Position numbers and translations under genes: made by a program. DNA of 64,000 nt from Diaphorobacter ruginosibacter (lineage in GTDB: Bacteria > Pseudomonadota > Gammaproteobacteria > Burkholderiales > Burkholderiaceae_C), in contig NZ_JBEBOW010000002.1 in the NCBI RefSeq assembly GCF_040396215.1, positions 9,437-73,436 of the forward strand, given 5' to 3'. The notes under the pieces were generated by a model, which did not search any database, had not been told where the DNA came from, and saw nothing but the letters and a program-made list of their open reading frames with translations. Positions 29,255-38,160 of the stretch are shown in pieces. Position 1 is the first letter of the stretch. The number at the start of each line of letters is the position of its first letter.

Positions 29255-29941
29255 ATGAACGACACCATGATCGAGCAAAGCGATGAGGCGGCGCACGCCG
29301 CCACCGATGGCGCGCGCAGCGCTTCCGGCAGCGTCTTCTACGGCATCATGAGCGGGCTCGAGGCCCGCACCTTCGTTCCGGGCCAGCGGCTGGTGGAGGT
29401 GGATCTGGCCGCGCAATATGGCGTGAGCCGCAATTCAGTGCGCGAAGCCCTGCAGCGGCTCGCCGCCGAGGGCGTGGTGGAACTCTCGCGCAACCGGGGC
29501 GCGGCGATCCGCTCGCTCACGCTCAGGCAGACGCTGGAAGTGCTCGACGTGGCCGAGCGCATGACCGGACTGCTCGCCCGCAGCGCGGCGCAGGGCATCG
29601 CGGACGGCCACCCCGGCGGCGCCATCGAGGCAGCGCTGGACGATCTTTCACGGGCCGACCAGGCCCACGACGGCGAGGCATTCACGCGCGGACGGCGCAA
29701 CCTCTACCGGGCCTTGCTGCAAACCAGCGGCAGCCAGGAACTGCGGCGCCTCTTCCCGGCCATCCAGATGCCCGTCGTCTATGCCCAGCACCGCCCGGCC
29801 ACGCTGCAGAAGGTGCGCATGCGCGACTATCGGGTCATGTGCGATGCCATCCTCGCGGGCAATGCGTCGGCGGCGGACAAGGCCGCCATGGCCCACGTGC
29901 AGAACGTGCGCGCGGCCATCGTCCGCGGGACCGCCACGTAG
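29255..29941 (+). CDS. GntR-family (FadR/FCD-type) transcriptional regulator
   Basis: The wHTH is LVEVDLAAQYGVSRNSVREALQRLAAEGVVEL, followed by an all-helical C-terminal domain. Trimmed to ATG 29255. Confidence 0.85.
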   Translation: MNDTMIEQSDEAAHAATDGARSASGSVFYGIMSGLEARTFVPGQRLVEVDLAAQYGVSRNSVREALQRLAAEGVVELSRNRGAAIRSLTLRQTLEVLDVAERMTGLLARSAAQGIADGHPGGAIEAALDDLSRADQAHDGEAFTRGRRNLYRALLQTSGSQELRRLFPAIQMPVVYAQHRPATLQKVRMRDYRVMCDAILAGNASAADKAAMAHVQNVRAAIVRGTAT

Positions 29942-29974
29942 CCGCTGCGGCGGAACGCCCCGGACACCCGGCGC

Positions 29975-30262
29975 ATGCGGGACAATGACGCGATGACGAC
30001 GCCCCCGCCCTCCCCGCCCCAGCAGCCGCGCAACCCGCTCCACGGAGTCACCCTCGAGCGCATGGTGACCGATCTCGCCGCCTATTTCGGCTGGCGCGAG
30101 CTGGGCGAGCGCATTCCCGTTCGCTGCTTCACGCATGACCCCAGCGTATCGTCGAGCCTCAAGTTCCTGCGCAGGACGCCCTGGGCGCGAGACAAGGTGG
30201 AGGGGCTGTATCTGTTCATGCTGCGCGAGCAAAGACGCGAGGAGCAGCGGCGGGCGCAGTGA
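29975..30262 (+). CDS. VF530/DUF2132-family small DNA-binding protein
   Basis: NPLHGVTLERMVTDLAAYFGWRELGERIPVRCFTHDPSVSSSLKFLRRTPWARDKVEGLY matches my memory of this family. Confidence 0.7.
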   Translation: MRDNDAMTTPPPSPPQQPRNPLHGVTLERMVTDLAAYFGWRELGERIPVRCFTHDPSVSSSLKFLRRTPWARDKVEGLYLFMLREQRREEQRRAQ

Positions 30263-30302
30263 GCCGCGCGCCGCCGCATGCTCCGGGCGCGGCCCGCCGC
30301 GA

Positions 30303-31304
30303 TCAGGAATCCGGCGTGAAATTCAGCGCCTGCACCGCCTTCTTCCAGCTCGCCCGCTCCCGCGTGATCGTGGCCTTGAGCGCATCGGGCTCGCCCCACT
30401 GGGCTTTCTGCAACTGGCGGCCCATGGATGCCTGGATGGCGGGATCGGCCAGCGCCTGTTGCAGCGTCTTGCGCAGATGCGCCACCGTGGCGTCCGGGGT
30501 GCCGGCCGGGGCGAACACCGCGATCCACACGCTGCGCGCGTATTCGCCAAAGCCCTGCTCATGGAACGTGGGCACGTGCGGCACGAAACGGCTGCGCTCC
30601 TCGCCCGTCGTGCCCAGGATGCGGATCTTTCCAGCGGCGGCAAACTCCACCACGTCCTCGAGCGGAACGACCACCGCCGACACCAGCCCGCCCTGCAGAT
30701 CGAGCACGGCGGGGCCGGGGCCGCGATACGGCACGTGGTTGACTTCGGCGCCCGCGATGCGCGCCGTCATGCTGCCCACGAAATGCGGCATCGAGCCCGC
30801 GCCCGGAGAGCCGAAATTGGCCTGCGCCGGGTTCTTCTTGCTCCATTCGAAGTAACCCTTCAGATCCTTCACGCTCTCGGGCACCATCGGCCCCACCGCC
30901 AGCGCCAGATCGAACGAGCCCAGGCTGCCCACCACGATCAGGTCCTTGTCCGGATCATAGGAAAGCTTCTTGTAGGTCACCGGATAGACGGTAATCGGCG
31001 AGGACACGCCCACGTAGATGTTGCTGCCGTCCTTGGGCAGCGTCTTCAGGTAATTCACCGCGATCATGCCGCCCGCGCCGGTCTTGTTCTCGACCATGCT
31101 GTTGACCGTGTAGCCGGGCCTGAGCACCTCCGCCACCTGGCGCGCTATGTTGTCCACGAGCGACCCCGCGGGCACGCCGATGACCACGCGCGTCATGCCC
31201 AGCGCCTCCTGCGTCGCCAGCGCCCAGGGCGCCACGCCCATGGAAGCGGCCGCCGCTGCGGCCATGCCGCCAAAACGGCGGCGATTCATCATGTTGTGGT
31301 TCAT
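30303..31304 (-). CDS. Bug-family (TctC-like) tripartite tricarboxylate transporter substrate-binding protein
   Basis: Tat-like signal (MNRRRFGGMAAAAAASMGV) and family-typical blocks (VVENKTGAGG, VPYRGPGPAV). Confidence 0.9.
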   Translation of the reverse strand: MNHNMMNRRRFGGMAAAAAASMGVAPWALATQEALGMTRVVIGVPAGSLVDNIARQVAEVLRPGYTVNSMVENKTGAGGMIAVNYLKTLPKDGSNIYVGVSSPITVYPVTYKKLSYDPDKDLIVVGSLGSFDLALAVGPMVPESVKDLKGYFEWSKKNPAQANFGSPGAGSMPHFVGSMTARIAGAEVNHVPYRGPGPAVLDLQGGLVSAVVVPLEDVVEFAAAGKIRILGTTGEERSRFVPHVPTFHEQGFGEYARSVWIAVFAPAGTPDATVAHLRKTLQQALADPAIQASMGRQLQKAQWGEPDALKATITRERASWKKAVQALNFTPDS

Positions 31305-31349
31305 TGCTTGTCTCCTTGTTTTCGATGAACTCCTGCGAGTTCCAGTGGG

Positions 31350-32154
31350 TTACCGCCAGTCCAGCAGGTCCAGCATGTTCCGCCCCATCACGCGTTCCAG
31401 ATCCCGCTCCGTGAGGAAGGGAAGCTGTTCGCGGAAATGGGTGACGCATTGCGCATAGGGGTGGTGCAGCCGGCTCAGGTCGCTGCCCCACAGAACGCGT
31501 TCGGCGCCGAAGGCATCGAAGACGGCCTTGAGCGGCTCCTCCAGCGACTTGAATGGGTAGGGATCGATCGCATAGTCGCCCACGCCCACCGCCTTCACGC
31601 GGATGTTCGGCAGGCTCGCCAGTTCGAGCAGTTGCGGCCAGTGCCGGAACGCCACCGGACCGACGGATGCGCGCGGCACGCCGAGATGATCGACGACGAT
31701 CCGCAGTTTCGGATGATCGGCCGCGACCTTGCGCGCGATCTCCAGATGACCCGGCACCAGCAGCGCCACGGGAATGCCCGCCTCCTCGGCCACCGACCAC
31801 AGCGGATCGAGCAGTCCGTCGAAATAAGGCTGGAGCCGCTCGGGCGTGTTCAGCAAAAAGCGCACGCCGCGCATGTGCGGCTGAGAGTGCCATTCACGCA
31901 AAGTCCGCGCCGCATCCGGCTGCGCGGGATCGAGCAACCCCATGACCGAGAACCGCTCGGGCATCCGCGCCGCGATCTGCAGCGCGTACTGGTTTCCGTT
32001 CGGATCCCACAGCGGCGGAACCAGCACCACGCGATCCACCTGGGCGGCCGCCATTTCCTGCAGCAAAACGGACTGGTCGATCGGGTCGCGCCGATGGTGT
32101 CCGGTCGACGTCCCCGACGACCACGGATGGACTTGTGCGTCCACAATTTTCATA
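31350..32154 (-). CDS. amidohydrolase_2-family protein (lactonase/LigI-like fold)
   Basis: MKIVDAQVHPW at the N-terminus, VVDHLG, and WGSDL near the C-terminus. Trimmed to ATG 32154. Confidence 0.82.
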
Positions 32155-32278
32155 CTCAACCTTGCGGGATAAAAAGATGACACATCCGATGCTAGCCATC
32201 GCCGGATCAACGGTTGATAAGAACTTGGAGGGCAGCCATAAAAAATGGCTGCACCATTTCTCGAGGCGCGGCGGGCGC

Positions 32279-33496
32279 TCAGCGCTTGCGCAGGAACTGC
32301 GCGCTCCTGGCGAACGCGTCGATGAAATACTGCTGCGATTCGTTGAGCGTCCGGCCCCGCACCTTGCTGATTCCGACCTGCGGCTCCTCGCATTCGAAAT
32401 CGAAGGGCAGCGGCGCCAGCAGGCCGAAATGCCGCTCGCTGAGCACCTCCACCCAACTGAGCACGGTGAGCATGTCGGAGTCGGCCAGCGTGATGCGCAT
32501 GGTCGATAGCGAGTAGGTCTCGATCTGCGCTGGCGGCAGCGTGGTCTCGGAGAACAGATGCTCGTAGGCCAGCCGCCTGGGCGAGCCCGCGGGCGGAATG
32601 ATCCAGGGATACCGCTGCAGGTCCTCGACCGTGATCCGCTCCTTCTTGTGCAGCGGATGCCCGCGCCGCGCCACGATGCAGTACGACTCGTTGTAGAGCG
32701 GCTGCTGCGCGAGCCCCAGCCCCGCGCTCTGCTTCTTGATCAGTCCGACGATGAAGTCCAGCTCCTCGCGCAGCAGCTTGTTCACGAGCTGCTCGTGGGT
32801 GCCGCTGATCACCGAGATGCGCACGTCGGGATAGCGCTCGCGCGTCTCCTTCATCGCATTCACCAGCAGCATGGAGGGATCGAGCAGCATCACCCCCAGC
32901 GTGATGCTCTTGTTGCGCGGATAGTTGAAGCCGCGGATCGCATCGGCAAGCGCGCCGATCTGCGCCTCCGCATGCTTGAGCCGCGCGGCCAGCTCATCGG
33001 CCAGTCCGGTCGTGCGGATGCCCGAGGCGGTATTGCGGTACAGCGCACAGCCCAGGTTGGACTCGAGCGTGCGCGCCGAGCGCTGCAGCGATGCATCGGT
33101 CACGCCCAGCTTGGCGGCCGCGCCCCGGAAGGAATGGCATTCATGAATCGCAATCAGCGCCTGCACCTGCGAGCGCGTCATGCGCGCGGCCACCGCCAGC
33201 GGCGCGATCTTGCGCTCGCCCGGCAGCAGCTGCATGGTCTCGGCCAGCCATTCCAGGATCTTCTTGGTGCGGATATGCGCCGCCACCCCCACCTCGGTGA
33301 GGTAGATGCCGGTCTTGTGCCGCTCGAACAGCGTCGCGCCCAGCGCCTTCTCCAGCGCGAGGATGCAGGTGGTGATGGCCGGCTGGGTGCGCAGCAGCTC
33401 CTGCGCGGCGCGCGTCACGTTCTCGTTCTCCGCGACGCATTCGAAAACTCTGAGCTGCCAGAAATTGGGAAGATTGTTGGTCATGGGCGCATCCAC
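32279..33496 (-). CDS. LysR-family regulator with a duplicated N-terminal HTH (405 aa)
   Basis: Two LysR-type wHTH-like segments are followed by a LysR substrate-binding domain. The first is LRVFECVAENENVTRAAQELLRTQPAITTCILALEKALGATLFERH. The second is VQALIAIHECHSFRGAAAKLGVTDASLQRSARTLESNLGCALYRN. Confidence 0.85.
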   Translation of the reverse strand: MDAPMTNNLPNFWQLRVFECVAENENVTRAAQELLRTQPAITTCILALEKALGATLFERHKTGIYLTEVGVAAHIRTKKILEWLAETMQLLPGERKIAPLAVAARMTRSQVQALIAIHECHSFRGAAAKLGVTDASLQRSARTLESNLGCALYRNTASGIRTTGLADELAARLKHAEAQIGALADAIRGFNYPRNKSITLGVMLLDPSMLLVNAMKETRERYPDVRISVISGTHEQLVNKLLREELDFIVGLIKKQSAGLGLAQQPLYNESYCIVARRGHPLHKKERITVEDLQRYPWIIPPAGSPRRLAYEHLFSETTLPPAQIETYSLSTMRITLADSDMLTVLSWVEVLSERHFGLLAPLPFDFECEEPQVGISKVRGRTLNESQQYFIDAFARSAQFLRKR

Positions 33497-33544
33497 CGCG
33501 GTGAGAATCCATCGCCCATGATCGATCCGAATGACTGGGCAGCG

Positions 33545-34405
33545 TCAGGAGGCAATCACCCGGTTGGCGAGTTTGCCGATCCCGTCGATTGTGATCTCGC
33601 AAACATCGCCCGGTTTCATCCAGATGGGCGGTTTGCGCGAAAACCCTACGCCGCTGGGCGTGCCGGTGGCCAGGATGTCGCCGGGCTGCAGCGGCGCGAC
33701 GGTGGATGCATATTCGATGAAGGCCGCGATCCTGTGCAGCATGAGGTCGGCCAGGTCGGACTGCAGCACCTCGCCGTTCAGGCGCGTCTCGATGCGCAAC
33801 CGGTAGGGATCGCCCACCTCGTCCGCCGTCACGATCCACGGGCCGATCGAGCCGCTGCGGTAGAAGTTCTTGCCGGGCGTGATCTGGCGGGTGTGGAACT
33901 GCCAGTCGCGCACGCTGCCGTCGTTCAGGATGGTGTAGCCCGCGATGTGCTCGAACGCATCCTGCGCGGCAATGCGATGGCCGGGTTTGCCGATCACCAC
34001 GGCCAGCTCGCCCTCGTAGTCGAACTGCTCGCTCACGCCGGGATGCCACAGGTCCTCGCCGTGCGCCACGAAGCTGTCGTTGAAGCGCGCGAACATCGCG
34101 GGCTTCTTGGGCAGATCCTGCACGCGACCCGCGGATTCGACCTCCTTGTGATGCTCGGCGTAGTTCACGGCCAGGCACCAGATGTGCTCGGGGTTGGTGA
34201 TGGGCTTGAGCAGCTTCACGTCGGCCAGGCTCAGGCTCGGCGGGTAGTCCGCCAGGTCGCCGATCTGGCCGAGCCCTGCCGCGATCAGGTCTCGCAGCGT
34301 CGGATGGCGGGCCGCGAAATGCGGGCCCAGATCCACCACCTGCGAATCACCGACCACCGCGCCGTAGCTGGCGCGGCCCGCATGTTCAAAGCTGATGAGT
34401 TTCAT
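33545..34405 (-). CDS. fumarylacetoacetate hydrolase (FAH) family protein
   Basis: FDYEGELAVVIGK and the C-terminal GDILATGTPSGVG. Confidence 0.9.
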   Translation of the reverse strand: MKLISFEHAGRASYGAVVGDSQVVDLGPHFAARHPTLRDLIAAGLGQIGDLADYPPSLSLADVKLLKPITNPEHIWCLAVNYAEHHKEVESAGRVQDLPKKPAMFARFNDSFVAHGEDLWHPGVSEQFDYEGELAVVIGKPGHRIAAQDAFEHIAGYTILNDGSVRDWQFHTRQITPGKNFYRSGSIGPWIVTADEVGDPYRLRIETRLNGEVLQSDLADLMLHRIAAFIEYASTVAPLQPGDILATGTPSGVGFSRKPPIWMKPGDVCEITIDGIGKLANRVIAS

Positions 34406-34424
34406 GAGATGCGTCCTTGTTTTC

Positions 34425-35204
34425 CTAGATCAGCGCGGCATACGAGCCGCCATCGAGTTGCAGGTTCTGTCCGGAGATGAAGCTGGCCTGCGCGCTGCAC
34501 AGATAGGCGCAGGCGTCGCCAAACTCCTCGGGCCGCCCCAGGCGCCTGGCGGCGATGGTGTTGGCGATGCGCCTGCGGGCTTCCTCCACCGTGATGTCTT
34601 CACGCTTGGACATGCGCTCGGCCATGAAGCGCTGGCGGTCGGTATCGAAGCGCTCGGGCAGCATGTTGTTGATGGTGACGTTGTCGATGACCGAATCCTT
34701 CTGCACCGACTTGGACAGCGCCGTGAGGCCCGCGCGCACCGCCGCCGACAAGCCCATGGTGGCGCTGGGCGACTTCACCATCGCCGAGGTGATGTTGATG
34801 ATGCGGCCGAACTTGCGCTCGCGCATGCCCGGCACGTAGGCCTTGATCAGCATGATGGGCGCGAGCATGTTGCCCTCGACCGCATCGCGCCAGTCGTCGT
34901 CCGACCAGTCGGCGATCTTGCCGGGCTCGGGGCCTGCGTTGTTGTTCACCAGGATGTCGGCGTCGGGGCAGGCCGCGAGAATCTTCGCGCGCCCCTGTTC
35001 CTGCGTGATGTCGGCCACGAGGACGTGCGGACGGTTGCCGGTCAGCGCCTCGATCTGGCGCGCCGCCTCGAGCAGCTTGGCCTCGGTGCGTCCGTTGATC
35101 CAGACCTCGCAGCCCTCGCGCGCCAGCGATGTGGCGCAGGCCAGCCCCAGCCCTTGCGAAGATGCACAGACGAACGCCTTCCGGCCCTTGATTCCCAGGT
35201 CCAT
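34425..35204 (-). CDS. SDR-fold protein lacking the canonical YxxxK catalytic pair
   Basis: Rossmann motif ASSQGLG and NNNAG are present. At the expected Tyr/Lys positions, 13 and 17 residues after the ITS Ser, the sequence reads S-A-A-V-R. Confidence 0.82.
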   Translation of the reverse strand: MDLGIKGRKAFVCASSQGLGLACATSLAREGCEVWINGRTEAKLLEAARQIEALTGNRPHVLVADITQEQGRAKILAACPDADILVNNNAGPEPGKIADWSDDDWRDAVEGNMLAPIMLIKAYVPGMRERKFGRIINITSAMVKSPSATMGLSAAVRAGLTALSKSVQKDSVIDNVTINNMLPERFDTDRQRFMAERMSKREDITVEEARRRIANTIAARRLGRPEEFGDACAYLCSAQASFISGQNLQLDGGSYAALI

Positions 35205-35244
35205 TTTTCTCTCCTGAATGGTATGGATGGTTTACCGCGCGCGA

Positions 35245-36270
35245 TCAGCTCGCCAATGCCGCGAGATGCGCCTTCAGGCGCGGATAGACACGCAGCACGT
35301 TTTCCTTGAACACGGCCTCGCGCTGCGCGGGCGTGAGATGCGGCGTGCCATCGATGTAGCGGCGCGTGTCGTCATAGTTGTGGCCGGTCTCCGGATCGAT
35401 GCCCTTGACCGCGCCGATCATCTCCGAGCCGAACAGGATGTTCTCGGCCGGCACGACCTTGGCGAGCACGTCGATGCCCGCCTGGTGATACACGCAGGTG
35501 TCGAAATAGACATTCTTCAGAATGCCCTCGGTCAGTTTGCCCAGCCCCATGTCCTGCGCGAGGCCGCGGTAGCGGCCCCAGTGATAGGGAACCGCGCCGC
35601 CGCCATGCGGGATCACGAAACGCAGCGTGGGGAAGTCCTCGAACAGCTGCGGCGCGAGCAGGAACTGCATGAACGCCGAGGTGTCGCCATTCAGGTAGTG
35701 CGCGCCCACATGGTGGTGGCAGGGGTTGCACGAGCTGCTCACATGCACCATGGCCGGTACGTCGAGCTCCACCATCTTTTCGTAGAGCGGGTAGTAGGCC
35801 TTGTCGGTCAGCGGCGGCGCCTGCCAGAAGCCGCCCGACGGGTCGGGGTTCAGGTTGCAGGCGACGAAGCCCAGCCCGGTGACGCAGCGCTCGAGCTCCC
35901 TGACGCTCGCGGCGATGCCGAAGTCCGCCGCGCTGGCCGATTGCGGCAACTGGCATACGCCCACGAAATTCCGCGGGTACAGCTCGCACACGCGCTGGAT
36001 CAGGTTGTTGGCCACTTCGGACCATTCCACGCTCTGCTCGGGCGTTCCGAGATGGTGGCCCATCTGGCCGGCGATCGGCGAGAACAGCGTGAGGTCCAGC
36101 CCGCGTTCGCGCTGGAACCGGATCTGCTTTCCCTCCAGCCCCGCGCGCAGTTCGTCGTCGGAGATGGCGAGCGGCTCGCCCAGCACGCCCGTGCCTTCCA
36201 GCTGCTTCTTGCGCCATGCGTGCAGCGCGGGGGGAACGGTCGTGAAGTGACCGTGGCAATCGATGATCAT
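35245..36270 (-). CDS. amidohydrolase_2-family hydratase, LigJ (4-oxalomesaconate hydratase)-like
   Basis: MIIDCHGH..., YEKMVELDVPAMVHVS, FPTLRFVIPHGGGAVPYHWGRYRGLA and FDTCVYHQ closely match my recollection of LigJ from Sphingobium SYK-6. Confidence 0.8.
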   Translation of the reverse strand: MIIDCHGHFTTVPPALHAWRKKQLEGTGVLGEPLAISDDELRAGLEGKQIRFQRERGLDLTLFSPIAGQMGHHLGTPEQSVEWSEVANNLIQRVCELYPRNFVGVCQLPQSASAADFGIAASVRELERCVTGLGFVACNLNPDPSGGFWQAPPLTDKAYYPLYEKMVELDVPAMVHVSSSCNPCHHHVGAHYLNGDTSAFMQFLLAPQLFEDFPTLRFVIPHGGGAVPYHWGRYRGLAQDMGLGKLTEGILKNVYFDTCVYHQAGIDVLAKVVPAENILFGSEMIGAVKGIDPETGHNYDDTRRYIDGTPHLTPAQREAVFKENVLRVYPRLKAHLAALAS

Positions 36271-36299
36271 GTTGAATGTCTCCTGCAGTGGGGCTGCGC

Positions 36300-37232
36300 C
36301 TATCGCGCCGCGCCCGAAAGAATGGGCGATGCCTGCTTCACGAAGCGCTCGGGCGGAGCCTCCCCGCTGTCATGCACCATGCCCGAGCCGATCTTGATTT
36401 CGTTGAAGCCGCTGTGCGCGTTCATCTTCTCGGTCGAGGACCAGTGTTCGTGCATGACGTTGAACGGCGACATCCAGTAGTCGAAGATCTGGCTGCCCAG
36501 CGCGTGCCGGCCGATGCCGCGCACATGGTCGTACTTGAGGCCGTGCAGGTAATCGCCGCCGGTGAAGATCTCATCGACGCGCTCGACCTCGAACGAAGCA
36601 TGATGCAGCCCGTTCTTCTCGCCGCGAAAGATGAACAGCACGTGGTGGTACACCGGGTCTTCTCCGCAGTCGGTGCGCACGAAGCGGCCCAGGGTATTGC
36701 CGGGCTCGCCGATGTACAGCTCGTCCGTGGGCAGGAATCCGAAGTTCTCCTGGTACCAGGCGATGGTCTCGGCCAGGCGCGTGGTCATGTAGGCCGTGTG
36801 CACCAGCTTCTCGATGCGCGCGGGGCCATGGTCCTTGCTCGCGCCGCCGCTGCCGCGCAGCGGATTGCGGCGCGGCAGCTCGTCCACCGCGGCGCGGCCC
36901 TGCACCAGCTCCACGCGCAGGCCATTGGGGTCGTGCAGCACCAGGCGTTTGCCGCCGCCGGGCTCGTCGATGGGTTCCACCTTCGCGCCAAAGCGCTGCT
37001 CGAGCGACTCGATGGGCACATCGGGGTTCACCTCGTAGCCCACGCCGATCACGCCGCTCTCCCCGAGTTCCGTCACATGGACGAAGGGCGCATCCGCAAT
37101 GCCGCGCATGTACAGGCGCCTGTCGTCGCGCAGCACCCGCACCAGCCCGAAGTCCAGCAGGAATTTCTCCTGAACATCGAGGTCCGGCGCGCCCAGGCGC
37201 ACATATGCCACCGAAGAAACGATTCCGGGCAT
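36300..37232 (-). CDS. two-domain VOC/type I extradiol ring-cleavage dioxygenase
   Basis: Two glyoxalase-like halves. Metal ligand contexts are HHVLFIF, HHASFEV and RHALGSQIFDYWMSPFNVMHEHW. Confidence 0.82.
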   Translation of the reverse strand: MPGIVSSVAYVRLGAPDLDVQEKFLLDFGLVRVLRDDRRLYMRGIADAPFVHVTELGESGVIGVGYEVNPDVPIESLEQRFGAKVEPIDEPGGGKRLVLHDPNGLRVELVQGRAAVDELPRRNPLRGSGGASKDHGPARIEKLVHTAYMTTRLAETIAWYQENFGFLPTDELYIGEPGNTLGRFVRTDCGEDPVYHHVLFIFRGEKNGLHHASFEVERVDEIFTGGDYLHGLKYDHVRGIGRHALGSQIFDYWMSPFNVMHEHWSSTEKMNAHSGFNEIKIGSGMVHDSGEAPPERFVKQASPILSGAAR

Positions 37233-37244
37233 CTGACTGTCTCC

Positions 37245-38145
37245 TTAATTCTTTTCCAATACATTGCGCACGTCGCCGTAGAGTTCCTCCGGCGAATAGC
37301 GCTTGCTGATCATCTGCTGCTCGAACGCGTAGTCGATCACCTTGCGCAGCGAGGCATCCAGCGCGTCGAAGCCGAACGGCTGCAGGTCACGGCTCGCCGG
37401 CGCGGGCATGTCGCCCGCGAGCGCGCGGCTTTCGATGAGCATGCGATAGATCTCCGCGACGGCACGTGGACTGGTCTTGAGCAGTTCGTCCTTGACCACC
37501 ACCACATGGTTGATGGGCACCACGCCGGTGCGCTCGCTCCATGCCCTGGCGGCCTCGAGCGGAGACGCAATGACATGGCGCAGCCTGTCCTTGTTCTCGA
37601 TGGCGCCGCCGGCGATGATCGCGTCCACCTGGCCCGCCAGCAGCGCCTCCTCCAGGCTCAGCGACTTGTCCATGCCACGCACCCATTCGGGGTCCTTGTA
37701 CTCGGCAACGTGCGCGCCCTGCTGGCTCCACCAATGCACGTCCCGCATGTCGATGCCGTATTCATCGCAGAGAATCCCGCGCACCCAGGCGGGCGTGGTC
37801 TGCGAATACGAGCGCATCGCCACGCGCCTGCCCTTGAGCTCTCGCGGACCGAACTCGTCATCGGCGCGCGCATAGAGGCTCTTGTGATGGAAGTTTCCGT
37901 TCATCACGAACGGCAGCAGGCGGTAGCGGTGGCCCGCATCGAAGGCGAGCAGGTAGGTCACCACGGCCAGTTCCGCCACGTCGAACAGGTGCGCGCGCAC
38001 CACGTCCTTGAATGCGGACTGCGCATTGTCCACCGGCGCTATGTCGAGTTCCACGATGTCGGATGCCACCTGTCCGGCCTTGAGCGGGGCTGTCTTGGGA
38101 TAGGTCCCGAACATCGCCTTCAATGACGTTTTTTCGTTTTGCATG
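37245..38145 (-). CDS. 4,5-dihydroxyphthalate decarboxylase (PhtD/OphC)-like protein, paralog 2
   Basis: It has a periplasmic-binding-protein-like fold and no signal peptide. Motifs FDVAELAVVTYL and LKGRRVAMRSYSQTTPAWVRGILCDEYGID parallel paralog 1. Trimmed to ATG 38145. Confidence 0.72.
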
Positions 38146-38160
38146 TTCTTTTGCTCCCCC

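Noticed and set aside
32558-34480. 640-aa plus-strand ORF, and similar ones at 36276-38126 and 20659-22452
   Set aside because: They are antisense to the LysR/FAH genes, the dioxygenase/PhtD-like genes and the GGDEF-EAL gene respectively. All are Arg/Ala/His-rich artefacts.
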